Source: Dipteris shenzhenensis (Eukaryota). Taken from it: 64,000 nt of DNA. Under the pieces are notes generated by a model. It saw only the letters and a list, made by a program, of their open reading frames with translations. It was not told where the DNA came from and searched no databases. Positions 37,671 through 49,600 of the stretch are shown piece by piece (the stretch's first letter is position 1; every line of letters starts with the position of its first letter). The stretch lies in assembly GCA_047967505.1 (NCBI GenBank), contig CM106538.1, one strand, 5' to 3'. The translations under genes and the position numbers were made by a program.

Positions 37671-38914
37671 GTGTGCGTAGCAGTATTTCTGGTCACCCTC
37701 AGTTGCTAGGGCCATGGAGGAGAGATGGTGAGATCCCCTCTTTGGACTTGCTAGTAGGAACATCGAGAGTCCCAAGTCCTCTATGGTCTTCAATTACCAC
37801 CATAGTGTCTTTCTTTCCTTTAGGATTTTATTTAAAATGCTATGGCTTCTCTATTTGAGTGTAATTGGACATTGCTTTTTCTATTGAGTATGCATCATAA
37901 TGGAGTCTTACCTTTGACTGCTTTGGTCTTTGTTGTAATGAACCGATTTTTCGGGTTCATCTCTAAATCTCTAATTTCCCTCCATCCTACGACTCTATGG
38001 CTGATTTACAGGCCCTCCTTACAGCTTTGAAGCTGTAGTAAGTGCCCCCGTGACCCCTTTGATTCTCCCTAAGACCTAGGTTAAGCTTTAGACCTTAGGT
38101 ACTAGGGTTTCTAAGGTTCCTTGCCCCCTCTTCCTACACTTTAATTATTCTAATCCCCTTTTGCCCCTAGGCATTGACCTATAATTTAAACATAACCCTT
38201 TTTCCTTCCTATCTCACTCAATATGTCTCCGATTTCAGAGCCATCTGAATGAACGTCCTTCTCTTGACTAATCCCATTGATTAGCATACTCATGTCATTA
38301 CATTCCCTCTTGCTTAAATTTTAGCTGTCCTCAGCTAATAACCAAACAAGGTTTACTTCCTGTTATGAATAGTATTTGTGAACTACATGCAGAATTAATC
38401 ACTAGAAATTTTATAGGGTTCCAGGATAACCCTTATCTCTTTTGTTTGCTATCTTACCACTCACCCTAACGCTTCTAATGCAACCCTAATCCCTTAGGTT
38501 CATTTTATCTTATGTGTTCATAATAATCAAAGAAAAGATAAGAATATTTATCTTTGTTAGCGCCCTATGGTTTTCCCTGTTGTCCTCCCTTTGGTGCACC
38601 TCATAGAACTTCTCGTGCAAAATAAACAAATGGTCTAGTCCCAAGTGACCAGCTTGGAACTTCTCTTCTATTGGTAGCATTCCTCTTGATATCTTCGAGT
38701 AATACGTTGAGTAATACATTGCCTTCAGTTTCAGTTTACCAGGCTGAAACATATTAACAATTGGGTGGTAAGTCCAATTCTCAATCCATTACAATGTATT
38801 TTCCCATCATACTCTCAAAGAGACAATTTGTAACCTCCTTCAAGGACCCAAGTAAAGTGGCCTCCAAATGTGGAAAACCCTCTGTTACTCTTGGGTACCC
38901 TCAATCTCTTAGTT

Positions 38915-39050
38915 ACTCTTGATACTTTCAAAGTATCCTCTTAATTAACTCTTGGTACTTTTCAAAGTACCCTCTTGCTTAACCCTTGGTACTTTTCAAG
39001 TACCCTCTTGCTTAGCTCTTGGTACTATCAAAGTACCCTCTTGCTTAATG
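38915..39050. repeat. Four ~33-bp tandem units, each with an internal palindrome
   Basis: CTCTTGGTACTTTTCAAAGTACCCTCTTGCTTAA and variants. Confidence 0.8.
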
Positions 39051-39144
39051 GCGCCACTTGAAAATATTTTCCTCTTTCTCGCTTTTCTTTTCTTTTCCAT
39101 CTCTTAATCTATAAAGTTTTACCTCTCCAAGATAACATTTAAGC

Positions 39145-39826
39145 CTTGCTATGCATGATGGAGTTTATGGTTTTCAACCTTGTGAGTGACTATCATGAGA
39201 TTGAAATGCACTATGTTGTGTTTTTAGAGGATGAGTTTGGGAATGTTCCTGGATTCATCTAGGTATATGCTTCTGCCGTATTAGCGGACATGCAAATTTC
39301 ACCTTGTGAAGTTTTCGTCCAAGTTGCGGCCTGCTGGTATTGTGATAATTCTTTCCATCTTAAATGGTGCGTTGCCCTATCTAGATTTAGATTTAGATGC
39401 TCGTTGGGGAGAGACTAAAATGAAAACTTTTATAGACTTCACAAGCAGTTGTAGCTTGAATGAAGAGATTTTGGACTACCTTTTGATTAGCCTTCTCCTT
39501 TAGTGCTAGCCTTCGTCATGGCTGAGTCTGCCCTTCACCTCCGGAGTGCCGATAGAAACTCAGTACGAAGACTTTGTATAAATGGATGCTCAAGTATGTG
39601 TGGGTGTGTGGATTTGTATGTGTGAGAGCATATTTTTATACTATGGTCTACACCCACTGTTAGGCGCTGATGATGTCAGTGGGGATGTCATAGTAGCTAG
39701 TCCTTGCTATGCATGATGGAGTTTATGGTTTTCAACCTTGTGAGTGACTATCATGAGATTGAAACTGCACTATGTTGTGTTTTTAGAGGATGAGTTTGGG
39801 AATGTTCCTGGATTCATCTAGGTATA
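39145..39826 (+). mobile_element. 559-nt structured retroelement copy E, 1.2 units long (123-nt 3' piece plus full unit 39268-39826)
   Basis: 11-bp TSD AACATTTAAGC at 39134-39144 and 39827-39837; head-to-tail junction at 39267/39268. Confidence 0.87.
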
Positions 39827-39839
39827 AACATTTAAGCAC

Positions 39840-40230
39840 ATCATAGGTATCAAATTTCTAGGAACATTTTACTATACGTGCTTGTAATAACTATCGCAAC
39901 AACATTCTCTTTCCTAGATTAATACTCCAATGTAGGTTGTCCAAAGATTGGACATATTCATGCAGAATAGCCAATAACTCCTTTATATAAGTGCTATACT
40001 TTCATTCAAGACTTTGAAGCTTTCAGCTCTCAAAGGTTATAGTAGGCCTGTAGTAGCTACACACCCCTACGAAAAATCTCATCTCATGAATGTTCTTGGG
40101 AGTAAGTCACTCTTTGACTATTTTAGTCTTCTTGGAATCCTCCATGATCTCTTTCATAGAGAGATTTCTCTCAACAGATTGTTCAAGAAGAGTATTCAAA
40201 TGGCCTTCATTATTATCAATCCTATCCATC
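39840..40230 (-). mobile_element. Highly deleted Gypsy pol remnant
   Basis: TPKNIHEMRFFVGVCSYYR, YIKELLAILH and KENVVA motifs by hand translation. Confidence 0.6.
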
Positions 40231-43044
40231 CCTTCCCTTGATGCTGTTACAAATAAATGAATTGCAGAAATTCAAATGAGAGAGTTCGATCACTTAAGGC
40301 ACAACATGATTCTCCGTTTAGAGGTGTCCAGTTCTAGATTTGCTTCAATGGTGACAGATTTCATTTGCAGCAGCCGCTTCAATTTGCACTTGATTCGCTG
40401 AACAACGTCAAATGTGACTTTGGTCTTGGACCAGCGATTGCCATCCGTCAATTTGGCTGCTTCTGTCATTACACTTCGTTAAGTGTACCTTCAACCCTGC
40501 ACTTATATCTTAGTTGACCCAACCTCCATTGATTGGATTCAACATTTTAGCATTGGACCTCAGCTTTGCTTGAATGCACTTGTTCCTTTGCTCTCGACCC
40601 TGTGTATTTGATCCTTGTATATTTGCCTTTGCGCAATATTTTCGAGCCTCTGAATTACGATAATATTTTGCCACTCGATGAACCTTTATTTTGGGGTAAA
40701 ACCCCGGCCATGCATCTGAGCGACGATAGGGCTGCATGGTGTTGTTGTGGTCGTGGATGTGGGACATCGTGGGGCTTCCAACACAGGGCTTTGTTTGCAA
40801 CTATGCATTGCGTACCTTAAGCTCCTTTAGTCGTTTGAGATGCCCTCGAAAGTCCTTCCACAATCCTTTGATTTCTTGCTTGGCTCCGCCTCTTCTCATC
40901 AAAATCAGCCGATTCTGGACTGTCTCGACCTCCAACACTTGATTTCTTTGTTATATTCAAGGGAAGGCACTCGGGCTGCATTAACCCTCTCAAAGGCCTG
41001 GTATGCCGTTACGTGTAGCATCCACCTCGATTTGGACCTCATCTGGTTGCGTATCTTAGTGTCGCTGGCTTCATGCTTCTTAGTTTCATTTGCGATGATC
41101 TGGGTCATAGTCTCGATCTAATTCTTTCCGCTGCAACAGTCGAAAAATCTGTTGTATCGCCCCACTTTAGACAAGCTTGAGGGGGCACGACTTCTTCATG
41201 TTCGAACCTTTGTGCTTGATCGAACACCGTCCAACGTCAGTGAATAATGGCTCTGCATTGTCTTCATGAGGAGACATTGTGAAATCTTCATTCACATTTA
41301 AATAAATGGTATATATGTCAGTGAATAATGGCTCTGCATTGTCTTCATGAGTATTTGGTTGGATCAGAGTAAAGGATTTGTGGTTGTTATAACCATGTCC
41401 ATTAATTGCGCTGCAGTTTAGAGTCAAGAACACTGGTCCATCTGCCAAACCAGGCAAGTGACCATGTGACTGCCTTTTTTCCCAAAGATAGTTACAACAT
41501 GCTCTGCAGACATTTTTGTAAACGAATACAGATAGAGTGACGTTTTCTGATTTCTGCAGACATCTTTGTAAATGGATACAGCTAGGGTGAAGTTTCTTGT
41601 CAAAATATGTACTCTTTATTCTTTCAAATTTCAAGCCTGAAAAAGGATTACAATCTGGTTTGATTTCAAAGGTGGTTACTGTGGTTCTCACTCTAGGGTC
41701 GTATAATGAAGGGTTGTGTATATTGGCCTTCCTGTATGATGTTAGGTATTGCTGCTTTACCAAGTTCCAGTTGTGTTGACTTTATTAATACTTCACTTCT
41801 TGCTTCCTCTCATTTTTTAGTCAAAATTTTCTTGGCAGGCTCCACATTACTGTCATTTCCGTCAATAACTAGGTAACAGAAGCCCCTAAATTCTATTCTT
41901 AGCCATTTGTTATGGGCATATGCAGCATTGCCTAGTAGTCTCGGTTTGGAGGAGGAGTCCCATAGCGTCCCTGCACACTACAGTGAGCGAGTATGCTTAT
42001 TTTGGGATTGTGTTTACATCACAGTTCATTACTGTGGGAAATAGATTTGTTTATTTGAAGATTTAGTGCTGTCTGCTTGTGTGATGACTTGGTTCGATTC
42101 TGCCATGGGACAATCTTGGGCTTGAATTCTGTCTTGCCTGAGCCTGAGACTGTACTTTTTCATGGTTGGTTTGACCCTCATGTCTGACACTTGAGACAGG
42201 TTTTAGACACGTTTCTCTTTTCCATCTTTTTTTTTTGGTTTTTGGGATTTTTTGATTTTTAAAAGTTATTTTCTTTTCGAGCAGCTCTAGACACTGTATT
42301 ATGTTACTGGATTAGATATTTTCTTTATTTAGAATTTTATTTTGTACATGGCAAGGAATGCTAGCAGTTGACAATCGGCCTACTTTTTGGCCGTTGAGAA
42401 TCAAGTGTTGGCAGTTGCTCTCTTGCCACTATTTATCATGACGTTTAATGTTCATACCTAAAATTTTACGTCCATAGATGTGAACCTTCGACTTGTAGGC
42501 TTTAGCTCACAGATGTTGTCAAACTTAATTTAAAATGAAATTCTTGATGTTTTAAACTTTTGAATCCGTTCAATATTAATATGTGAGTTGGTTTGTGTGT
42601 AATGTACATTGCACATTTTAATTTATATATGAAATCGCGCGTGCGTGTGTAAAGAGAAATTTTAGAAAAGATGCACCTAACTTGTTGTATTTTTAACTTA
42701 AAGTCTTTCATCTAATGTGTTGTGTCTTAAGGTGTCTAACAACCATGCTTGGACTATTCATCGTGTATTTTATGTTGTGCAACTTGAACATTAAGTTTTG
42801 GAGGCAAGCATGAGGTGAGTACTATGCTCTGGATATTGCATTGCTTCCTGGTGTACTTACCATGTCTCTTCATTGTTGGAAGGTCTTGACAAGCCTCCCC
42901 TTTGGTTGGTTTAATTAATCTTGTTGACTTGTTTGCCTTACGCTGCTTTACTTCATAAGAGGTGAACTATTTAGAAGACTGGTGCACTCTTATTGGTGTT
43001 TTGGATGTCCAATATCTTGTCTAATGGATGTTTTTATCAAACAG

Positions 43045-43363
43045 CAAATGATGGAGCCACAATCCTGGAGCAAATGGAAGTGGAGAATCAAATAGGAAAG
43101 CTAATGGTGGAACTCTCAAGGAGCCAGGATTATGAAATTGGGGATGGGACAACAGGGGTTGTGGTGTTGGCTGGTGCATTGCTTGAGCAGGCAGAACTGC
43201 TTTTAGATAGAGGCATACATCCTATTCGAATTGCGGAAGGTTATGAGATGGCTTCAAAGATAGCTGTTGATCGTCTTTCTACTATTTCCCAAAAGTTTGA
43301 ATTTAGCTCATCCAACATTGAACCTCTGGTCCAGACCTGCATGACCACTTTGTCCTCCAAAAT
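43045..43363 (+). CDS. CCT5: CCT5 coding exon 2
   Basis: Acceptor ACAG at 43041-43044; A+CA restores T of VTITNDGATIL; contains the [11 protein letters not shown]-binding motif; donor AT|GTAAGT, phase 2. Confidence 0.95.
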
Positions 43364-43613
43364 GTAAGTTTCGTTGCCTCATTCTTGTCCATGTGTGGAA
43401 GCAATTTCTGTGTAGATGTAAGTGTGGGTCTTATCTGTAGCTATTAAAACTCTAGTCCAGACCTGCATGACTACTTTCTCCATTAAAAACATAAGGTATT
43501 TGCATAATTTGTCTGGGATAGTCTGTGTCTTTATGTTTCATTGTTTGGATGGTGCACTTGTGAGCAAGTTCCAGATGTGAGATGTGGTTGTGGTTCTATT
43601 TGTGTCTGTGCAG

Positions 43614-43962
43614 AGTAAATCGGTGCAAACGCAAACTGGCTGAAATTGCTGTCAAGGCAGTGTTGGCTGTGGCTGACCTTGAAAGAAAGGATGTGAATCT
43701 AGATCTTATCAAAGTGGAAGGAAAGGTTGGTGGTAAACTTGAGGATACAGAACTTGTGGAGGGGATAATTGTGGACAAGGATATGAGCCATCCACAAATG
43801 CCAAAGAGAATAGAAAATGCAAAGATTGCCATATTGACTTGCCCTTTTGAGCCCCCAAAGCCTAAAACCAAACATAAAGTTGATATAGACACAGTTGAAA
43901 AGTTCGAATCACTAAGAGAACAAGAGAGAAAGTATTTTGATGACATGGTGCAGCAATGCAAG
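43614..43962 (+). CDS. CCT5: CCT5 coding exon 3
   Basis: Acceptor TGCAG; (I)VNRCKR...[33 protein letters not shown]...QQCK; donor AAG|GTGAGG, phase 0. Confidence 0.95.
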
Positions 43963-44768
43963 GTGAGGATTTCAACTTTTCTAGTTACACTTTTCTTAGC
44001 AGTTCCATTGGCGTCATCATAATATCTAAAGTGCAAAATAGAATCGGAGTCCTTTTTACTGTGCAAACTTAAATAGATAGTTGGGTTGTTGAATGGTATG
44101 ATCTTCGAGGGTCAGGAAGAGGTGACGGTGCAGTACTAGGAATGTGTACAGTAGAAACAGGTATAATATCAGAGGAATATAAAGTCAATGCAACAGAATG
44201 TAAAGTGTCTGGCCAAAGCAAAAAGCATTGCAATTAATATGCTACTTTACTGCTTCTCTGTTGCTGAAGGGCAACTGAAAACTTCCTGTTTCCCTTGGTT
44301 GGAGGCATAATCTTGCCATCTCTCTTTTAAAGCAACATTTAATGCGTTTTATGGATAAGATTTTGTTTTGTTTCATGGATAAGATTTGACAGATGTGATG
44401 CTTCCAAGGTGTTCAAAAAAAAAGAAAGAACATATATTACAAAGGTCTATGAGACTAAAGAAACCAGAATCATTAAGGAATGAGAGTCCATCAAAACCAA
44501 AATGTCAGTTAAGGACTAAGAGTTCATACTAGTGTCTTAGAGGACTAATGTATTGCATCATTTATAGACTTAGAGAGGACTTATGTATTACATCAGTTAT
44601 ATATGAAGTGTCTCCACATCTAGGTTGGTTAGTGGGGGTAGCGGGGGGGTAGCAGGGGTAGAGGAGGGGGTAGCGGGGGGGGGGGGTTAGCAGAGGTAGC
44701 GAGGGGGTACGGAGGGGGTAGCAGGGGGGTTAGCGGAGAGGGTAGCGTACCCTGGCGACACCATCTGC

Positions 44769-44771
<3 letters not shown>

Positions 44772-44818
<47 letters not shown>

Positions 44819-44886
44819 AAGAAAGAAAGTGTATTATTGTCCACTAGAGGCCAAAATGGGCCCATGGGACATCAAGAACTCTGCAT

Positions 44887-44936
<50 letters not shown>

Positions 44937-46620
44937 CAGAAGCAGAAGCAGAAGTAAATTATCATCCTCGGGGGGCCAAAAATGACCCATGGGACCTAAT
45001 CCTTAGTACAAAAATCTCCTCCGTTGTGGAGGGGTCAAGAATTTTCAAGTTCTTGACGGTACAAAAAAAGACGTAAATTATCGTCCTCGGGGGGTGAGAG
45101 AGAAAGAAAGAAAGAAAGAAAGAAAGTCTATTAACGTCCACGGGAGACCAAGAGGTCTATGGAACAACATGAAAGCCATCTAGTACATCAGCTTAGGGAG
45201 GGCGCAGGGCAGCTTCGAAGGAGTGCAAATGCAGCTCCATTTATTTAGAGAGTACCTAGATAAAACATACACACATATATATAGTTGGCCTTACATCAGT
45301 TTAAGACTGGGAGTCTTTTAAACTCTCTAATGAGTGCTTTCCCATCCTGGTAAACTGCCCATTTACCATCCTTCCTGGCAGCCCGAACCTTTGCTAATTC
45401 CTTTGCCTTATCCTTCAGTTGAGCCTTGGTGAGTTACTCCGCTATCCATATCTTCGTTCCTTTTAGCTTGTGAGATTGTCGCAGAACTTTTATACGTATG
45501 TCTCGTGAGTTGAACGTAATGATAGCATGGCCATTACGTTGACCGATATGAACTTCTTGAGCTTCACCGTCATCATCTGGGTTGTCAGGATTGTCATCGG
45601 CAGAAGCAGAAGCAGATTATCGTCCTCGGGGGGCCAAAAATGACCCATGGGACCTAATCCTTGGTACAAAAATCTCCTCCGATGTGGAGGGGTCAAGAAT
45701 TTTCAAGTTCTTGATGGTACAAAAAAAGACGAGTGACAAAAGATCCCAACGCTGCCGGAGAGGCAGTGGAGAGAACCGACGAGATTTGAGTGGTGTCTGC
45801 CAGTATCTGCTGATAGTCGTCTCTGATGTGTGCATATCGGGGGGGGGGGGTGAGAGAGAAAGAAAGAAAGAAAGAAAGAAAGTCTATTAACGTCCACGGG
45901 AGACCAAGAGGTCTATGGAACAACATGAAAGCCATCTAGTACATCAGCTTAGGGAGGGCGCAGGGCAGCTCCTAAGGAGTGCAAAAGCAGCTGCATTTAT
46001 TTAGAGAGTACCTATATTGTAGCCTAAATAAAACATACACACATATATATAGTTGGCCTTACATCAGTTTAAGACTGAGAGTCATTTGGTTTTGATTTAA
46101 ACTCTCTAACGAGTGCTATCCCATCCTGGTAAACTGTCCATTTACCATCCTTCCTGGTAGCCCGAACCTTTGCTAATTCCTTTGCCTTATCCTTCAGTTG
46201 AGCCTTGGTGAGTTCCTCGGCTATCCATATCTTCGTCCCTTTTAGCTTGTGAGATTGTTGTAGAACTTTTATACGTATGTCTCGTGAGTTGAATGTAATG
46301 ATAGCATGGTCATTACGTTGACCGATATGAACTGCTTGAGCTTCACCGTCATCATCTGGGTTGTCAGGATTGTCATCGGCATCTGCTGTCCAGTCAATAG
46401 TAGGCATGGCTGTTTGGACATGTGCTAAGGTATCACTAAAAGATTCATCTTCTTTATACCATCCATCTGGAAGCCCCCCAATTTCTGATTTTCAAAGCAT
46501 TATCCTTTCTAGCTGCATGTTCTTTAATCTCTTCTTGATGAAGAAGTTGATCTTTGTCATTGGGCCTCGAATGCGAAGGCCCTCACATGCCGTTGATTTG
46601 TGTGGGCTAATCAGCTTTGT

Positions 46621-46625
<5 letters not shown>
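44772..46625 (-). mobile_element. Stack of short LINE 3' ends and ORF1-bearing fragments separated by microsatellite tails, partly duplicated
   Basis: Family 3' motif at ~44830, 44960, 45125, 45617 and 45881; ORF1-like KLKGTKIWIAEELTKAQ; 45095-45600 repeats at 45850-46380. Confidence 0.7.
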
Positions 46626-46678
<53 letters not shown>

Positions 46679-46681
<3 letters not shown>

Positions 46682-49600
46682 ATTAAATTCTTCGGAAGAC
46701 CGATGGGTCTATGAGATTGTGAAAATCCTGATACATGCTGTGGTAGTGGAGCTACTAAACGAGCATCCATACCAATGCAAAAAGGCAGAATGGCAGTACT
46801 AAGCCCTAAGTACAACATAGTCATGTCGATGGTCGACTATATATCAATCTCAGCATCATCATCAATATCATCATCATCCTCGGTAATAGCAAGATATCAG
46901 GATGGATGAGGCAATGGAGGCATAAAGTTGGCTATAGAGTGCTGTCGGTCATTCAGAGGTGCGGTCCTGGCACGTCTCCTGGTCGTAGCTCTGCGTCTAA
47001 CTAGGGCTACTGTGACCCCCGTCGGTCGGGCTCTGACTCTAAACAAGGAGGGGATGTCTTCAAGTGTGATATGTGTGTCGACCCTCTGTTTGAGCTGTCG
47101 GGTCACGGGTTTCGAGTCACGGTCATGTTGAGGCCTCGTCTCGTTGGGGTCCATGTGATCTAGCTGAAAAAACTCCGTGATAGAGCTTTGAGAGGGATTA
47201 ATCGAAGAACAAGTCTGCTCCTGTCTCCGTGCTCGGAGTATCCTCTCGCGGTGTCTAAGTGTCTCATGAATGAAACCTGCCAAATACCGCTAGTCTGGGT
47301 AGGAGAGGAAACGGGCTAAAATACCATAACTATCCCTGAAGAGGCAATGGAAACGTCCTCGGATCTCATAGTACACATGACACCTGAAGATGAAATGCTC
47401 CTCTGTCTCAACCTCTTGTATGTCAACAGAGAGCAGCCTATCCCACCTTGTGAACTGCTCAACATAGTGTATGATGAAACTATCTCAACAGATGACCCTG
47501 CAAATGTGAACTGCTCCTGACGCATGATGGCTCGAGATGTATTGAAGATCATGACTTTGGTTTTATCCAGGTTGACCTTCAAATCATGAGACTCACAAAA
47601 GGACTGTAGTGCGTCTAGGTGTCTCTGAAGCCCCTCTGCTGAGGAAGACGAGGGCCACATCATCTGCATAAAGTAATATCCGGATCAGTGTGCCCGCAAG
47701 AGAGCAGCCTACCCCACCTTGTGCCTGCATCACTGTCTCGAGCTCGTCGATGTAGAGGCTAAATAAGGTAGGTGATAATGGGCATCCTTGTTTGACCTCG
47801 ATTGTGCTCATGATCTCGTCTGCCCATCCAGATCTTGTCCGGACTCTGCCTAAAACTCGCTCATAAAGTGCCATGACAGCCCAAATGATCTCCTGGTGGT
47901 AACCTAGATCTTGTAGGCGTCGTATGAGGCGGTCTTTCGGAACGGTGTCGAATGTCTTGCAGAAGTTCACAAAGCAACAGTAAACCCTCTGCTTTCGTGC
48001 CCTCGCCTCCTCGATGATACATTTGAGTGCGAGAATGTGGTCGAGGAAGACAAGAGAGCCACGTCATTTGCATACAGCAAAATTTGGATCAGCGTGCCCA
48101 CAAGAGAGCAACCTACACCTCCCTGTGTCTGCATCACTGTCTCAAGCTCGTCAATGTAGAGGCCAAACAAGGTAGGCGACAAAGGACACCCTTGTTTGAC
48201 CCCGATGGTACTCATGATCTCGTCTGTCCACCTGGATCCTGCCTGAACTCTGCCAGAAACTCTCTTGTTAAGTGCCATGACAGTGCAAATGATCTCCTGG
48301 TCATAACCCAAGTCTTGTAGGCGTCGTATGAGATTGGCTCTTGGGACCGTGTCAAATTCCTTGCGGAAATCCACAAAGCAACAATAAACCCTCTGCTTCT
48401 GTGACCTCGCCTCCTCGATGATACATCTGAGCGTGAGAATGTGGTCCATGGTTCCATGATCACGTCGGGCTCGACACTCTACAAGTCTGCTAACCTCGGA
48501 GTCAAGTACCGATGCATAAATCTTGGACACGACATGTCCAATCATAATGGTCCTGTAGTTCTCCGGGCTCATGGGATCCCCTGCCTTGTGGATGGGTGAG
48601 ATAGTGTTAATGGTCAAAGTGTGTGGAAATCCCAAACAAACCGCTTCATTAAAAAGCTTTGCTAAGATCGGGGCTAGGAGGTTAATCCGATATGCAATGA
48701 ATTCAGTACATAGCCTCTCATGATCCTTCGCTCGACCATTATGAAGTTTCATTAAGGCATCCTTTACCCCTCCTCTAGTGAAGAGGGTGCAGGATGTGGG
48801 ACGAGGCATGTGGGAGAGGTTAGGGACTGGCTGATTTGGGATGTCATAAAGTGTGCGTGCATAATCAAACCAGATTTGGGTGTCAGTGAGTAGCAGAGGG
48901 GACCGTCCTAGAAATCTCCGCCAGAAGTCCTTAGAGTTGTTACTAAACAAAATGTTCAGTAGCTCCTCCTCATTCCGACAAACGAAGTCTAGTTTCTTCC
49001 TTCGTACCAGTCTACGGTATTCACGTAGCGTATCTGGTGCACTTGGAAGACTGTTTTTGGTTTTGAATCTGAGTTGACGGCGTAAGGCCTTACACACATC
49101 ATCGTACCAACTATTACAGGGTATGGTTCCAAGGGGTGGTGGGCCGGTGGGGTGGGGAAAAGCGTGAATGGCAGCCTCGTGTAGTGAGCGGGTGACAAGG
49201 GCAGCACGATCCTCTAAAAGGGGTATGAAGTCAATATAAGCGAGAAGTATGTACAGACGGCCAGAGTAAGAAGGTGAGTGATCCCGATCAAAGCGTATAT
49301 CGTGGTAGGTGGAGTAAGCACTGAGTGGGGTGGAAGGTGCTGTGCGAAGGGAGGTGGAGATGCAAAAGAAAAGGTATGTATGATCAGCCCTTGGGGGGAG
49401 AGTGTTGGAATGGTCACCTGCCCATTTGTAAGCCCCCAAATGAGGAGAGCGTGGGGGAGGGAGACCTAGGGCAGGATGTACCCAAGAGAAAAAGAATAGA
49501 GGAGGCTGCCACATGGGCAGCACCTCACATCAAAGAACATGGAAGGTACCTGGAGCTAGGATGGATCTGCAGCAGGAAAAGGCGAAGCAGTAGCCAGCAC

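Noticed and set aside
38915-39050. CRISPR-like palindromic repeats
   Set aside because: No unique spacers, no cas genes, eukaryotic context
39640-39770. Intact hammerhead ribozyme (CTGATGA ... GAAAC)
   Set aside because: The GAAA is ~90 nt away inside another hairpin and gives no convincing stem III; kept only as an incomplete resemblance
39268-39826. Helitron identity (3' hairpin, CTAG, tandem copy) or group I intron identity (GAGACTA/TAGTCC) for the 559-nt unit
   Set aside because: The 11-14 bp TSDs, 5' truncation and the GTATA after CTAG contradict a Helitron; the rest of a group I core could not be built
41167-41763. 198-aa minus-strand ORF in intron 1
   Set aside because: No recognisable motif and it includes a local 35-bp duplication; it cannot be supported without BLASTP/HHpred
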